Program-made: the position numbers and the translations under genes
In this document: piece after piece, positions 56,634-64,000 of the stretch
Position numbering within the stretch: the stretch's first letter is position 1
Layout: each line of letters begins with the position of its first letter
Notes under the pieces: model-generated
What the model was told of the DNA's origin: nothing
Database searches by the model: none
Seen by the model: the letters and a program-made list of their open reading frames with translations, nothing else
Source of the DNA: Candidatus Thorarchaeota archaeon
Lineage (GTDB): Archaea; Asgardarchaeota; Thorarchaeia; Thorarchaeales; Thorarchaeaceae
Direction of reading: 5' to 3'
Assembly: GCA_030612005.1 (NCBI GenBank)
Contig: JAUWOU010000005.1
Coordinates: 2,629 to 66,628 of the forward strand
Length of the DNA stretch: 64,000 nucleotides

Positions 56634-58325
56634 GTGCTAACAATTACCCAACACAAACACGATTTGCTCATCATCGGAGCTGGTCTCGCGGGACTTAGAG
56701 TTGCTATTCAGTTGGCAAAGGACTTTGATGTTGCTGTCATAACCAAGGTCCATCCACTGCGGTCTCATTCTGTAGCAGCACAAGGGGGCATTAATGCATC
56801 TCTTGGTGAAGGTGATTCTTGGGAGAGTCATGCATTTGATACCGTCAAAGGTTCTGACTACCTTGCAGACCAAGACGTTACTGAGATATTAGCAAAAGGA
56901 GCACCTGGGGCAGTCATTGAAAACGAACGTTGGGGAACTGCATTTTCTCGTACTGATGATGGCAAGATTGCTCAGCGACCATTCGGCGGTGCAGCGTTTC
57001 CAAGGACTTGCTATGCTGCTGATAGAACAGGACACAATCTCCTTCATACAACATTCGAGCAAGCGCTTAGAAGTGGTGTCACATTCTATAATGAGTGGTT
57101 TGTTACCTCACTAGTTCGAGATGGAAACAGTATCTGTGGTTTAACAGCTCTAGATATTGCTACCGGTGAAATTCATAGCTTTGTAGGTAAATCAGTTGTT
57201 ATCGCAACTGGTGGTTTTGGTCGTGTTTATAGTCACTCAACAAATGCAATTATCAACACAGGCGATGGTTGTGCCTTAGCCCTTCGAGTGGGGGCACCTT
57301 TGAAAGATATGGAATTCATCCAATTTCATCCAACAACCCTCTATGGCTCAAGTATCCTCATGAGTGAAGGTGCAAGAGGTGAGGGCGGTTATCTTGTCAA
57401 TTCAGAGGGTGTGCGGTTTATGGATAAGTACGCTCCTGAAAAGATGGAGCTGGCCCCTCGGGACATTGTTGCCCGTGCAATACAGACCGAGATCAATGAA
57501 GGCCGCGGAATTGATGACGAGTATGTACATCTCGACCTGCGGCATCTTGGTCGGGAGAAGATACTCGAACGACTTCCAGGTATTCGAGAGATTTCCATCC
57601 ATTTTGCAGGAGTCGATCCTATTGATGAACTAGTACCCATCAAACCCGGTCAGCACTATTCAATGGGTGGAGTTCATTGTAACAAAGACGGTGTAACACC
57701 AATAGCTGGATTATTTACTGTCGGTGAAGCTGCATGCATGAGTGTTCATGGGGCAAACCGTCTCGGTGGAAACTCACTCCTTGAAACTCTCGTATTCGGT
57801 AAAATTGTGGGTAATAAGATTGGAGAATACTTACCCGATGCTCCAGAGCCTAATTTTGAATGTGTCGAGGATGAGGCTTTCAAAATACGTGAAAAACTAC
57901 AGGAGTTAATGCTCAAAGAAGATGGGGAATCTCCTTCTGAAATCCGTGAAGTAATGGGTAGTACCATGGATAGCCTTGTTGGAGTCTATCGAAAAGAGGA
58001 AGATCTCAAAGCCGCACTTAGTATGATTCGCGAACTCAAAGAGCACTTCAAAAAGGTCTTTGCAGGCCATAGCGACAAACGTTTCAATTTTTCATTGATT
58101 AGAATTCTTGAACTGGAAAATATGCTTGATCTTGCTGAAGTAATCACCATGGGCGCACTAATGCGAAGGGAGAGTCGAGGAGCGCACTGGAGACTTGATT
58201 TTCCTGAGAGGGACGACGAGAACTTTCTGAAGCACTCATTATTCACGAAAATTGATGATTTTGTAAAGACCGAATTAATCGATGTCAATCTTGGGATGTT
58301 TGAAGTAAAGGAGAGGACATACTGA
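56634..58325 (+). CDS. sdhA: Succinate dehydrogenase/fumarate reductase flavoprotein subunit
   Basis: IIGAGLAGLR, RSHSVAAQGGINA (His for covalent FAD), HPT..., GEGG and RLGGNSL. GTG start. Confidence 0.9.
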   Translation: MLTITQHKHDLLIIGAGLAGLRVAIQLAKDFDVAVITKVHPLRSHSVAAQGGINASLGEGDSWESHAFDTVKGSDYLADQDVTEILAKGAPGAVIENERWGTAFSRTDDGKIAQRPFGGAAFPRTCYAADRTGHNLLHTTFEQALRSGVTFYNEWFVTSLVRDGNSICGLTALDIATGEIHSFVGKSVVIATGGFGRVYSHSTNAIINTGDGCALALRVGAPLKDMEFIQFHPTTLYGSSILMSEGARGEGGYLVNSEGVRFMDKYAPEKMELAPRDIVARAIQTEINEGRGIDDEYVHLDLRHLGREKILERLPGIREISIHFAGVDPIDELVPIKPGQHYSMGGVHCNKDGVTPIAGLFTVGEAACMSVHGANRLGGNSLLETLVFGKIVGNKIGEYLPDAPEPNFECVEDEAFKIREKLQELMLKEDGESPSEIREVMGSTMDSLVGVYRKEEDLKAALSMIRELKEHFKKVFAGHSDKRFNFSLIRILELENMLDLAEVITMGALMRRESRGAHWRLDFPERDDENFLKHSLFTKIDDFVKTELIDVNLGMFEVKERTY

Positions 58326-59056
58326 TGAAACTGAGAGTTGCTAGGAGTCGAGAGGGCGGGAAAGTAACACATTATGACCTTTACAAGATTGAACACAAAA
58401 AGGGAATGACAATTCTTGATGCGCTTTTTCAGATTCAAGATAAAATGGACCCATCTCTCTCTTTCAGATATTCATGTAGGGGTGCAGTTTGTGGCAGTTG
58501 TTCCATTCTTATTAACAAAGAGCCTCGTTTAGCTTGTAGAACTCAGGTGAGTGAAGTACAAGGAATGGATATGCGGCTCAAGGATTTCCCTGCTCTCTCT
58601 GAAACTCCATCTGGGTGGAATAGTGAAGAAGAGATACTCATTGAACCTCTCCCCAATATGCCAATTGAGAAGGATCTTGTTGTGGATATGACGCGATTTT
58701 ATCGTGCTCTAGAAACCATGAAACTTTGGGTTGATTCAGAGGAAGGTGAAGAGATACGACTCCAGAGTCCGTCTGATAGGAAGAGGATTGACAGGTATGT
58801 CAACTGCATTCTCTGTGCACTCTGTTTTGGATCTTGTCCTGTGAATGCAGAACAAATAGAGTATGTAGGACCCGCTGCACTCACAAAGGCTTGGCGTTTT
58901 TCAGAGGATAGCAGAGTTAAAACTCCTGAGAGATATCTTGAAGCTGCAAATGCACTAAATGGTGCGCCGCTTTGTGACCTCATAATGAACTGTGTGAAGG
59001 CTTGCCCCAAAGGAGTTGCACCAGGTGGGGCGATTAGGAAACTTAAGAACCCTTGA
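58325..59056 (+). CDS. sdhB: Succinate dehydrogenase/fumarate reductase iron-sulfur subunit
   Basis: Three Cys clusters: CRGAVCGSC..C (2Fe-2S), CILCALCFGSCP (4Fe-4S) and CDLIMNCVKACP (3Fe-4S type). The ATG overlaps the sdhA stop. Confidence 0.9.
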   Translation: MKLRVARSREGGKVTHYDLYKIEHKKGMTILDALFQIQDKMDPSLSFRYSCRGAVCGSCSILINKEPRLACRTQVSEVQGMDMRLKDFPALSETPSGWNSEEEILIEPLPNMPIEKDLVVDMTRFYRALETMKLWVDSEEGEEIRLQSPSDRKRIDRYVNCILCALCFGSCPVNAEQIEYVGPAALTKAWRFSEDSRVKTPERYLEAANALNGAPLCDLIMNCVKACPKGVAPGGAIRKLKNP

Positions 59057-59112
59057 ATTTTGAAGTGAAACCTTTACATAACTTGAGTACAATACAAATC
59101 TAGGGGAAATTC

Positions 59113-60207
59113 GTGTCTGGTAACGAGAAAGTAGCTCCTATTTGGTGTGAGTACAAGAAATCTCGGATTTGGAAGAAACTTCCTGCGATTGGGAGCTTTG
59201 TGGTTGTTGTAATATGGATTGTGTATAATTCTATATTGTTGAACCAAGAAGCGATTCGTCTTGACTCCATTCTTCCAATTATTGAGGCTCACAGGATTGA
59301 CAATATCCTCATCGGGGCAATAATTACTGCTTTTCTAGGTATTCTCACATATTTTGCTCTAGCATTTCTCACAAAGATATACTTCCTATCTGGTACAGAG
59401 GATAGTGAATTGTGTGATCTATTGAAACGAGTAAAGATGAAAATGGGGATTGATTTCAATATTCACCTTAGGATTCACGATGGAGAAGGACTGAATATTG
59501 TTACAGAACGAAATGCGTTGTTTTCATCAATAGCAATGTCTCGTGACGCACAGACAGCAATTATTGACCAGCAGGATAAAGGTGAAGTCGTACTTGCTGG
59601 TGAAGTCAGTTCTTTAGAAGGCACCAGACCTTTGTTAGCAATTTGTGGATTTGCATTTATCTTTGGATGTGCTTGGATGTTCTTGATTACAAAACCGGTT
59701 ATTATTGACGTCGTTGACATGTATGGATCTATCGCATTCCTCACTGAAGCTTCTATACCATTTATTCTAGCGTTCTTAGGATTTCATCTGGTCCTCTTTA
59801 GAAGCCGCCCGAAATACACACGATCTGAGATAAAGACAATCACAGAATATCAGATTTCATCAACTTTGGCAAGATCGATTGTATTTGAAAAATTAGTACT
59901 TTCAGATGAAGAAATAGAGAAGAGAATGAAACATCTTCGATTCAACCTAAATCAATATCTTGATAATTCTGAGCTAGTTGAAACTTTCCCAGTAATTTTC
60001 ATTGTTTCTATACTCATAGTACTTGGGATACTAATCCCTATATTGGGAACCGGATTTGTACCAAATTCTTTCGTTTTACCATTATTTGCACTTTCATTTA
60101 TTGCTGCCGTTCTGATGAGTCTACTTTTTACTTACAAACTCAATCTCATTGGTGATTCAAAACCAAGTCCATTTTACGAATTAGAACAATCATCAAGAGA
60201 TCAATAA
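59113..60207 (+). CDS. HtpX/M48-like polytopic membrane protein lacking the HExxH motif (pseudo-peptidase), paralog 1
   Basis: Topology is 2 TM, a soluble domain, then TMs. The segment ELCDLLKRVKMKMGIDFNIHLRI....NALFSSIAMSR.....GEVVLAGEVSSLE aligns by eye to M48 (..L..lA.kaGi..P.vyi...NAFATG....Ele.VlAHElsHi), with HELSH replaced by GEVSS. Confidence 0.5.
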   Translation: MSGNEKVAPIWCEYKKSRIWKKLPAIGSFVVVVIWIVYNSILLNQEAIRLDSILPIIEAHRIDNILIGAIITAFLGILTYFALAFLTKIYFLSGTEDSELCDLLKRVKMKMGIDFNIHLRIHDGEGLNIVTERNALFSSIAMSRDAQTAIIDQQDKGEVVLAGEVSSLEGTRPLLAICGFAFIFGCAWMFLITKPVIIDVVDMYGSIAFLTEASIPFILAFLGFHLVLFRSRPKYTRSEIKTITEYQISSTLARSIVFEKLVLSDEEIEKRMKHLRFNLNQYLDNSELVETFPVIFIVSILIVLGILIPILGTGFVPNSFVLPLFALSFIAAVLMSLLFTYKLNLIGDSKPSPFYELEQSSRDQ

Positions 60208-60328
60208 GAATGAGAACTCATATTGCCCTCTACCATATTAACGGAATCTTGCAATGTGTGAACATCCATTCGTTCATCAAATATATTATATCGTTACGTT
60301 GCACTTGTTGGATTAGGTTCAGTTTGGA

Positions 60329-61429
60329 GTGGAGAAGCGATTGAGCATTCAGCAGGATAAGCGCGTGGTAAAACCAAGCAAGTGGTCAGAGAGATATGCA
60401 CGATGGTTCAGCACGAGAGTACCTTCTACTTCCCCAATGTTTCGATATATGGTGGTATTCATTCTTGCCATACCCTGGTCTTACATTTATTTCAGCATTC
60501 CAGGTATGATAATGGACATCTACTTCCTAGTGCCAATAACATCTGTATTTGGATTGGTAGTTTATGGTGTGTATCTAACTATCCTCAAGAATAGATTTGA
60601 ACTATCCATTCCCGACCAACCTTTCTTACAACTTGTTAATTCTGCCCTAGAACGAACTGGTACTGGAAATAGAGTAGTTGTTTGGCCACGCTTCGATGAT
60701 GAACCGTATATCACATCGACTTACAATTCGAGTTTTGAAGCAGTTATAGTATCTACCAAAATGATGGAGCTGATGGTTGCAATGCCTGAGAGTGGAGAAG
60801 CATTGCTTGCATTTCATCTTCTCCGTATGCCAGAGAGAAAGAATGTATTGGATTTCGTTGCTGGTGTTCTCACATTTTCTGTTGCATCAACCTTGATGAC
60901 CTTCCTTCTCGTGTACCTAATATCATTTTCAGCATCTTCGTTCATCATTCTCATGTTAATGATGGTACTTTGGCCGGTGTTCGCAGTGCCGCTGGTTTTG
61001 ATTCTTGCGCTTCGTAGTGCCTTTTGGAGACATGAAACTGCTTTTGAACGCACATTGGGGCTTTACAAGATTCATCCTCAGGTGGCAAAAGATGAGGTCA
61101 TATCGTCTCAGAAATTAGATGAAGAGCTTTCCAAATCGACTATTTGGTCGGTAAAACAGTGGGAAGAAAACAGACGAAGCAGTCGAAGATCAAGCATCTT
61201 TCTTCTTACAATTTTGATTATTTTTGGACTTGAATACTACTTGTTATTTTTGAGTCCAAATTTATTTTTCACTATTTTTATGAATTTACAATTTCTATCG
61301 CTATTGCTAGCGTTTCCAGTAATTGTAGGAATATTGATCTATCTCATATTACGAAGATGGGATAAAACATGTATGGGTGAAATCTACTACGACGTTACTG
61401 ATGGTCACGAACGAATTTGGGTTGACTGA
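60329..61429 (+). CDS. HtpX/M48-like polytopic membrane protein lacking the HExxH motif (pseudo-peptidase), paralog 2
   Basis: Same topology as paralog 1. PFLQLVNSALERTGTGNRVVVWPRFDDEPYITSTYNSSFEAVIVSTKMMELM...GEALLAFHLLRM has AHELSH replaced by AFHLLR. GTG start. Confidence 0.5.
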   Translation: MEKRLSIQQDKRVVKPSKWSERYARWFSTRVPSTSPMFRYMVVFILAIPWSYIYFSIPGMIMDIYFLVPITSVFGLVVYGVYLTILKNRFELSIPDQPFLQLVNSALERTGTGNRVVVWPRFDDEPYITSTYNSSFEAVIVSTKMMELMVAMPESGEALLAFHLLRMPERKNVLDFVAGVLTFSVASTLMTFLLVYLISFSASSFIILMLMMVLWPVFAVPLVLILALRSAFWRHETAFERTLGLYKIHPQVAKDEVISSQKLDEELSKSTIWSVKQWEENRRSSRRSSIFLLTILIIFGLEYYLLFLSPNLFFTIFMNLQFLSLLLAFPVIVGILIYLILRRWDKTCMGEIYYDVTDGHERIWVD

Positions 61430-61439
61430 TCTCGCGTAA

Positions 61440-61658
61440 TTATGCTCCACCATATTGACGAAGTCTTGACATAACTTCTGTATAATCCTCAGATGCGCCA
61501 TCGAAGAACGATGCATCATAGACCTTTGAGGCATACAGTTTCTCTGCATTAGTTCGTCCTGCAGCTTTATCACGAGGAGAACGATTGAAGAAACTTCCCC
61601 ACCGTGAAAATACATATAGTATGATTGCTCCCCCGAAAATGAATAGTCCAAGCCACAT
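61440..61658 (-). CDS. Small single-TM protein downstream of the DNA methyltransferase
   Basis: 72-aa ORF with the N-terminal TM WLGLFIFGGAIILYVF and a soluble tail. Confidence 0.35.
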   Translation of the reverse strand: MWLGLFIFGGAIILYVFSRWGSFFNRSPRDKAAGRTNAEKLYASKVYDASFFDGASEDYTEVMSRLRQYGGA

Positions 61659-61713
61659 CTGAAGGCCTCCTAGCTACTAATATGTTAAAATAGACATATA
61701 CACTTTTTCATTC

Positions 61714-62781
61714 TTAGGATTGATTTGCAACATCAACGAATGAATAGTCATTCTCTTCGTCAATAGAATCCAATCTATTTGAAATTACATCGATGGCTGA
61801 CTGCGATTCATCACAAATCACCCACCTTCTACCACTCTTTTCTGCTACGACTGCTGTAGTTCCAGAGCCAGCAAAAAAGTCGCCGATTAAGTCCCCCTTC
61901 TCCGTTGCTGCATTGATTACTCGTTCAAGAAGTGCTTCTGGTTTTTGAGTTAGGAATCCTGTATTCTCTTGTGATGCTCCCTGCAAAGGAGCGATATCGT
62001 ACCAAAGGTCTGATACAAGAATACCTGGAGAATCTTTTAGGTGCTGTTTCTTTGTATATCGACCATTGCGACTTCTATAGATCATTCCGTTCTCCCACCA
62101 CACATCGAGTTTCTCTTTCTTGTAGAGATATGGAGCTGTTCTTCCTCTCCATTCAAACTGTCTTCTACCCTGAGTTCGTTGAATACCTTGAGCTTCTATC
62201 TCGATGAGCCTGAACTTACCTTTCTCATCTTTGTAACTGTACGGCTTTAACGACTTGGCATCATGTTCTCTGTAGATTGACTTTGTCTGAAAACTCTTAG
62301 AATCTACTGCATAAAGGAGAATCACATCATGTTGAGTTCCAAATCCTTTACTCTGTGCTTTGGGGCTATTTGTTCTCTTCCACACAATCTCATTTACAAA
62401 GTTCTTGTACCCGAAAATTTCATCTAGAATTACTTTGACATAGTGTGAAACATGCCAATCCAGATGTACCCAGAGACTCCCATCATTTGAAAGCAGGTCT
62501 TTCATAGCTTCTAGTCGCGGTTTCATGAATGATAGATAATGCTCTAAACCATCCCACCTGTCATTGTACGTGGGGGTTTCTGAGAGAGTACCTGCAGTAC
62601 CCGCATCCCCTTCTGATTTTTTCTTCAGAGTATATTGGGTTCCAGATAGAAAGGGTGGGTCGATGTAGATTAAACGGAACTCACCTTTGAAACCTTCAAG
62701 TTTCTTATGGATTGTGTCAAGACAATCACCTTTGAAAAGTAGGTTCTGCCAGGGGTCCATGATAAGGAGGTTGGTCTTCAC
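61714..62781 (-). CDS. Beta-class exocyclic DNA methyltransferase (DPPF motif, probably m6A), apparently orphan
   Basis: Motif IV LIYIDPPF lies near the N-terminus and motif I DFFAGSGTTAVVA near the C-terminus (beta permutation). No nuclease-like neighbour was recognised. Confidence 0.85.
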   Translation of the reverse strand: MKTNLLIMDPWQNLLFKGDCLDTIHKKLEGFKGEFRLIYIDPPFLSGTQYTLKKKSEGDAGTAGTLSETPTYNDRWDGLEHYLSFMKPRLEAMKDLLSNDGSLWVHLDWHVSHYVKVILDEIFGYKNFVNEIVWKRTNSPKAQSKGFGTQHDVILLYAVDSKSFQTKSIYREHDAKSLKPYSYKDEKGKFRLIEIEAQGIQRTQGRRQFEWRGRTAPYLYKKEKLDVWWENGMIYRSRNGRYTKKQHLKDSPGILVSDLWYDIAPLQGASQENTGFLTQKPEALLERVINAATEKGDLIGDFFAGSGTTAVVAEKSGRRWVICDESQSAIDVISNRLDSIDEENDYSFVDVANQS

Positions 62782-62860
62782 CCTTAAGACTCCTTTCTGA
62801 GTAGAAGTATGTTATTTGGCACATCCACTCACCGTGTAAAAAATGCAAATGAAACGTAAA

Positions 62861-63112
62861 TTACATTTCAGTATCGGTGCTAGTAAATTCTTCACCAGGT
62901 TCTGCTGCTTCATATGCTGCACGTGCAACACCAATCTTGATCAATCCAACAAGATAACCAGCAATTCTGTTACGAACCTTCTTTGACTTGGTATCAGTGA
63001 GTTGTTCGACCATTCTCTTATTCGATTCAAAATCATCTGTAAAAGTATCTGGATAGAGCGCTAAGAGATTTTTAGCAGCATTTTTGATGTAACGTGGTCG
63101 GACTGAACCCAA
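62861..63112 (-). CDS. rps17e: 30S ribosomal protein S17e (eS17)
   Basis: (M)GSVRPRYIKNAAKNLLALYPDTFTDDFESNKRMVEQLTDTKSKKVRNRIAGYL matches the eS17 pattern. The TTG start at 63112 is preceded by GGTGA, and the ORF-track N-terminal extension is implausible. Confidence 0.8.
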   Translation of the reverse strand: MGSVRPRYIKNAAKNLLALYPDTFTDDFESNKRMVEQLTDTKSKKVRNRIAGYLVGLIKIGVARAAYEAAEPGEEFTSTDTEM

Positions 63113-63208
63113 TTTTATTCTCACCTGACAAAGTCTGTGAATGCAGCAGTGCTCTTGGCTGCGTTTATAAAGAATATGGTTAGCCACTAAAATAGTGGGT
63201 TAAAATCG

Positions 63209-64000
63209 ATGTTTTATCAAGTGCTCGCACAAGCATATGATGAGATTGAGTCAACATCAGGAACCCTCGACAAGATTCAGATTTACTCAGATATGCTCAA
63301 GGATGCAGAGTCGGAAGAAATCGATAAGATTGTTGCCCTTACCATGGGCAAGTTACATCCTGACTGGAAAAGTGAAGCGGAGATTGGGATTGCTGAGAAA
63401 ATGGCAATTCAGGTGGTAGCTACTGCCGCCTCGGTGCCGGAGAAAGTTGTGCGAGATCTACTCCGAAAAACTGGAGATATTGGTAGTACTGGAGAAGCTC
63501 TCCTTCAAGAAAGTGCACAGGCTACCCTTTTTGCGGAGGACCTGACTGTTTCTATTGTATACAATGCACTGGTACTGACTGCGAAATTAAGTGGGCCTGG
63601 GAGCAATAAAGCGAAGGTTTCGAAACTCGCGGGTCTATTAACCGATGCTAACCCAATTGAGGCTAGATACATTCTGAGAACAATCACAGGGTCTCTACGA
63701 CTAGGTCTCGGTGATATGGGGATTATCGATAGTCTCTCCACAGCATTCACTGGAAACCGAGATGCACGAAGTGATATTGAGACTGCGTTCAATGTATGTA
63801 GTGATCTTGGACGTGTTGCCAATGTTCTGGTAGAGAAAGGTATTGACGCAGTTCGAGCCATCCATACCCAAGTAGGGGTCCCAATCCGGATGATGGCGGC
63901 TAAGAAATTGTCTGATGCGGAAGAGATCATGGAGAAAATTGGAAAGAAAGCTTTTGTTGAGTACAAGTATGATGGTGAACGTGTGCAAGCCCATAAGAAT
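63209..64000 (+). CDS. lig: ATP-dependent DNA ligase, N-terminal part (runs off the window)
   Basis: Manual translation from ATG 63209 is open for all 264 codons to nt 64000: MFYQVLAQAYDEIESTSGTLDKI...EARYILRTITGSLRLGLG...VGVPIRMMAAKKL...AFVEYKYDGERVQAHKN. It includes the adenylation motif I, KYDGER. It is absent from the ORF track because no stop falls in the window. Confidence 0.9.
   Translation, partial: MFYQVLAQAYDEIESTSGTLDKIQIYSDMLKDAESEEIDKIVALTMGKLHPDWKSEAEIGIAEKMAIQVVATAASVPEKVVRDLLRKTGDIGSTGEALLQESAQATLFAEDLTVSIVYNALVLTAKLSGPGSNKAKVSKLAGLLTDANPIEARYILRTITGSLRLGLGDMGIIDSLSTAFTGNRDARSDIETAFNVCSDLGRVANVLVEKGIDAVRAIHTQVGVPIRMMAAKKLSDAEEIMEKIGKKAFVEYKYDGERVQAHKN

Noticed and set aside
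63237-63966. Track ORFs 63237-63419 (+), 63505-63966 (-) and 63701-63994 (-)
   Set aside because: A different plus-strand frame starting at ATG 63209 is open to the window end and encodes a clear ATP-dependent DNA ligase (KYDGER). These ORFs are off-frame or antisense artefacts.

Overview
The window is a gene-dense, moderately AT-rich (by eye, not computed) archaeal chromosomal segment. Archaeal markers are a thermosome, the thiolase/HMG-CoA synthase/DUF35 mevalonate trio, ribosomal protein S17e, an ATP-dependent DNA ligase, a ZPR1 zinc-finger protein and DUF2070. GGAGG-type Shine-Dalgarno sites and TTG/GTG starts are frequent. The eukaryote-like domain content (7-blade WD40 with a PCI-like tail, a roadblock/longin-like protein, ZPR1, an SMC with SMC5/6-like head motifs) suggests an Asgard-type or related archaeon; that is inference only.

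Core metabolism includes:
- UbiX
- a K+-independent-type membrane pyrophosphatase
- an NfnAB/GltD-like pair
- Nnr
- a PPAT::DUF359 fusion covering the last two CoA steps
- thioredoxin reductase
- a KorAB-FumC-SdhAB partial TCA cluster

One tRNA-Ala(UGC) is present. I found no CRISPR array, rRNA, transposase or integrase.

The loci most worth a second look are:
1. A tight operon of a catalytically dead AAA+ protein, a divergent SMC and a kleisin. A ScpB/KITE-like gene lies nearby, and a MoxR-like ATPase plus HExxH/VWA pair is divergently transcribed from it.
2. A 25-bp duplicate of the tRNA-Ala 3' end that brackets a single beta-helix surface-protein gene, like an att site.
3. Two paralogous 32-33 codon micro-ORFs, each ending 5 nt before a downstream start; one precedes an MFS transporter.
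4. Two tandem HtpX/M48-like membrane proteins that have lost the HExxH motif, located directly after an SdhAB pair that has no recognisable membrane anchor.
5. A protein built from at least six tandem zinc-ribbon modules.
6. An ABC exporter with a chaperonin-like GGM tail.

All functional calls come from motif recognition by eye. No searches were run.
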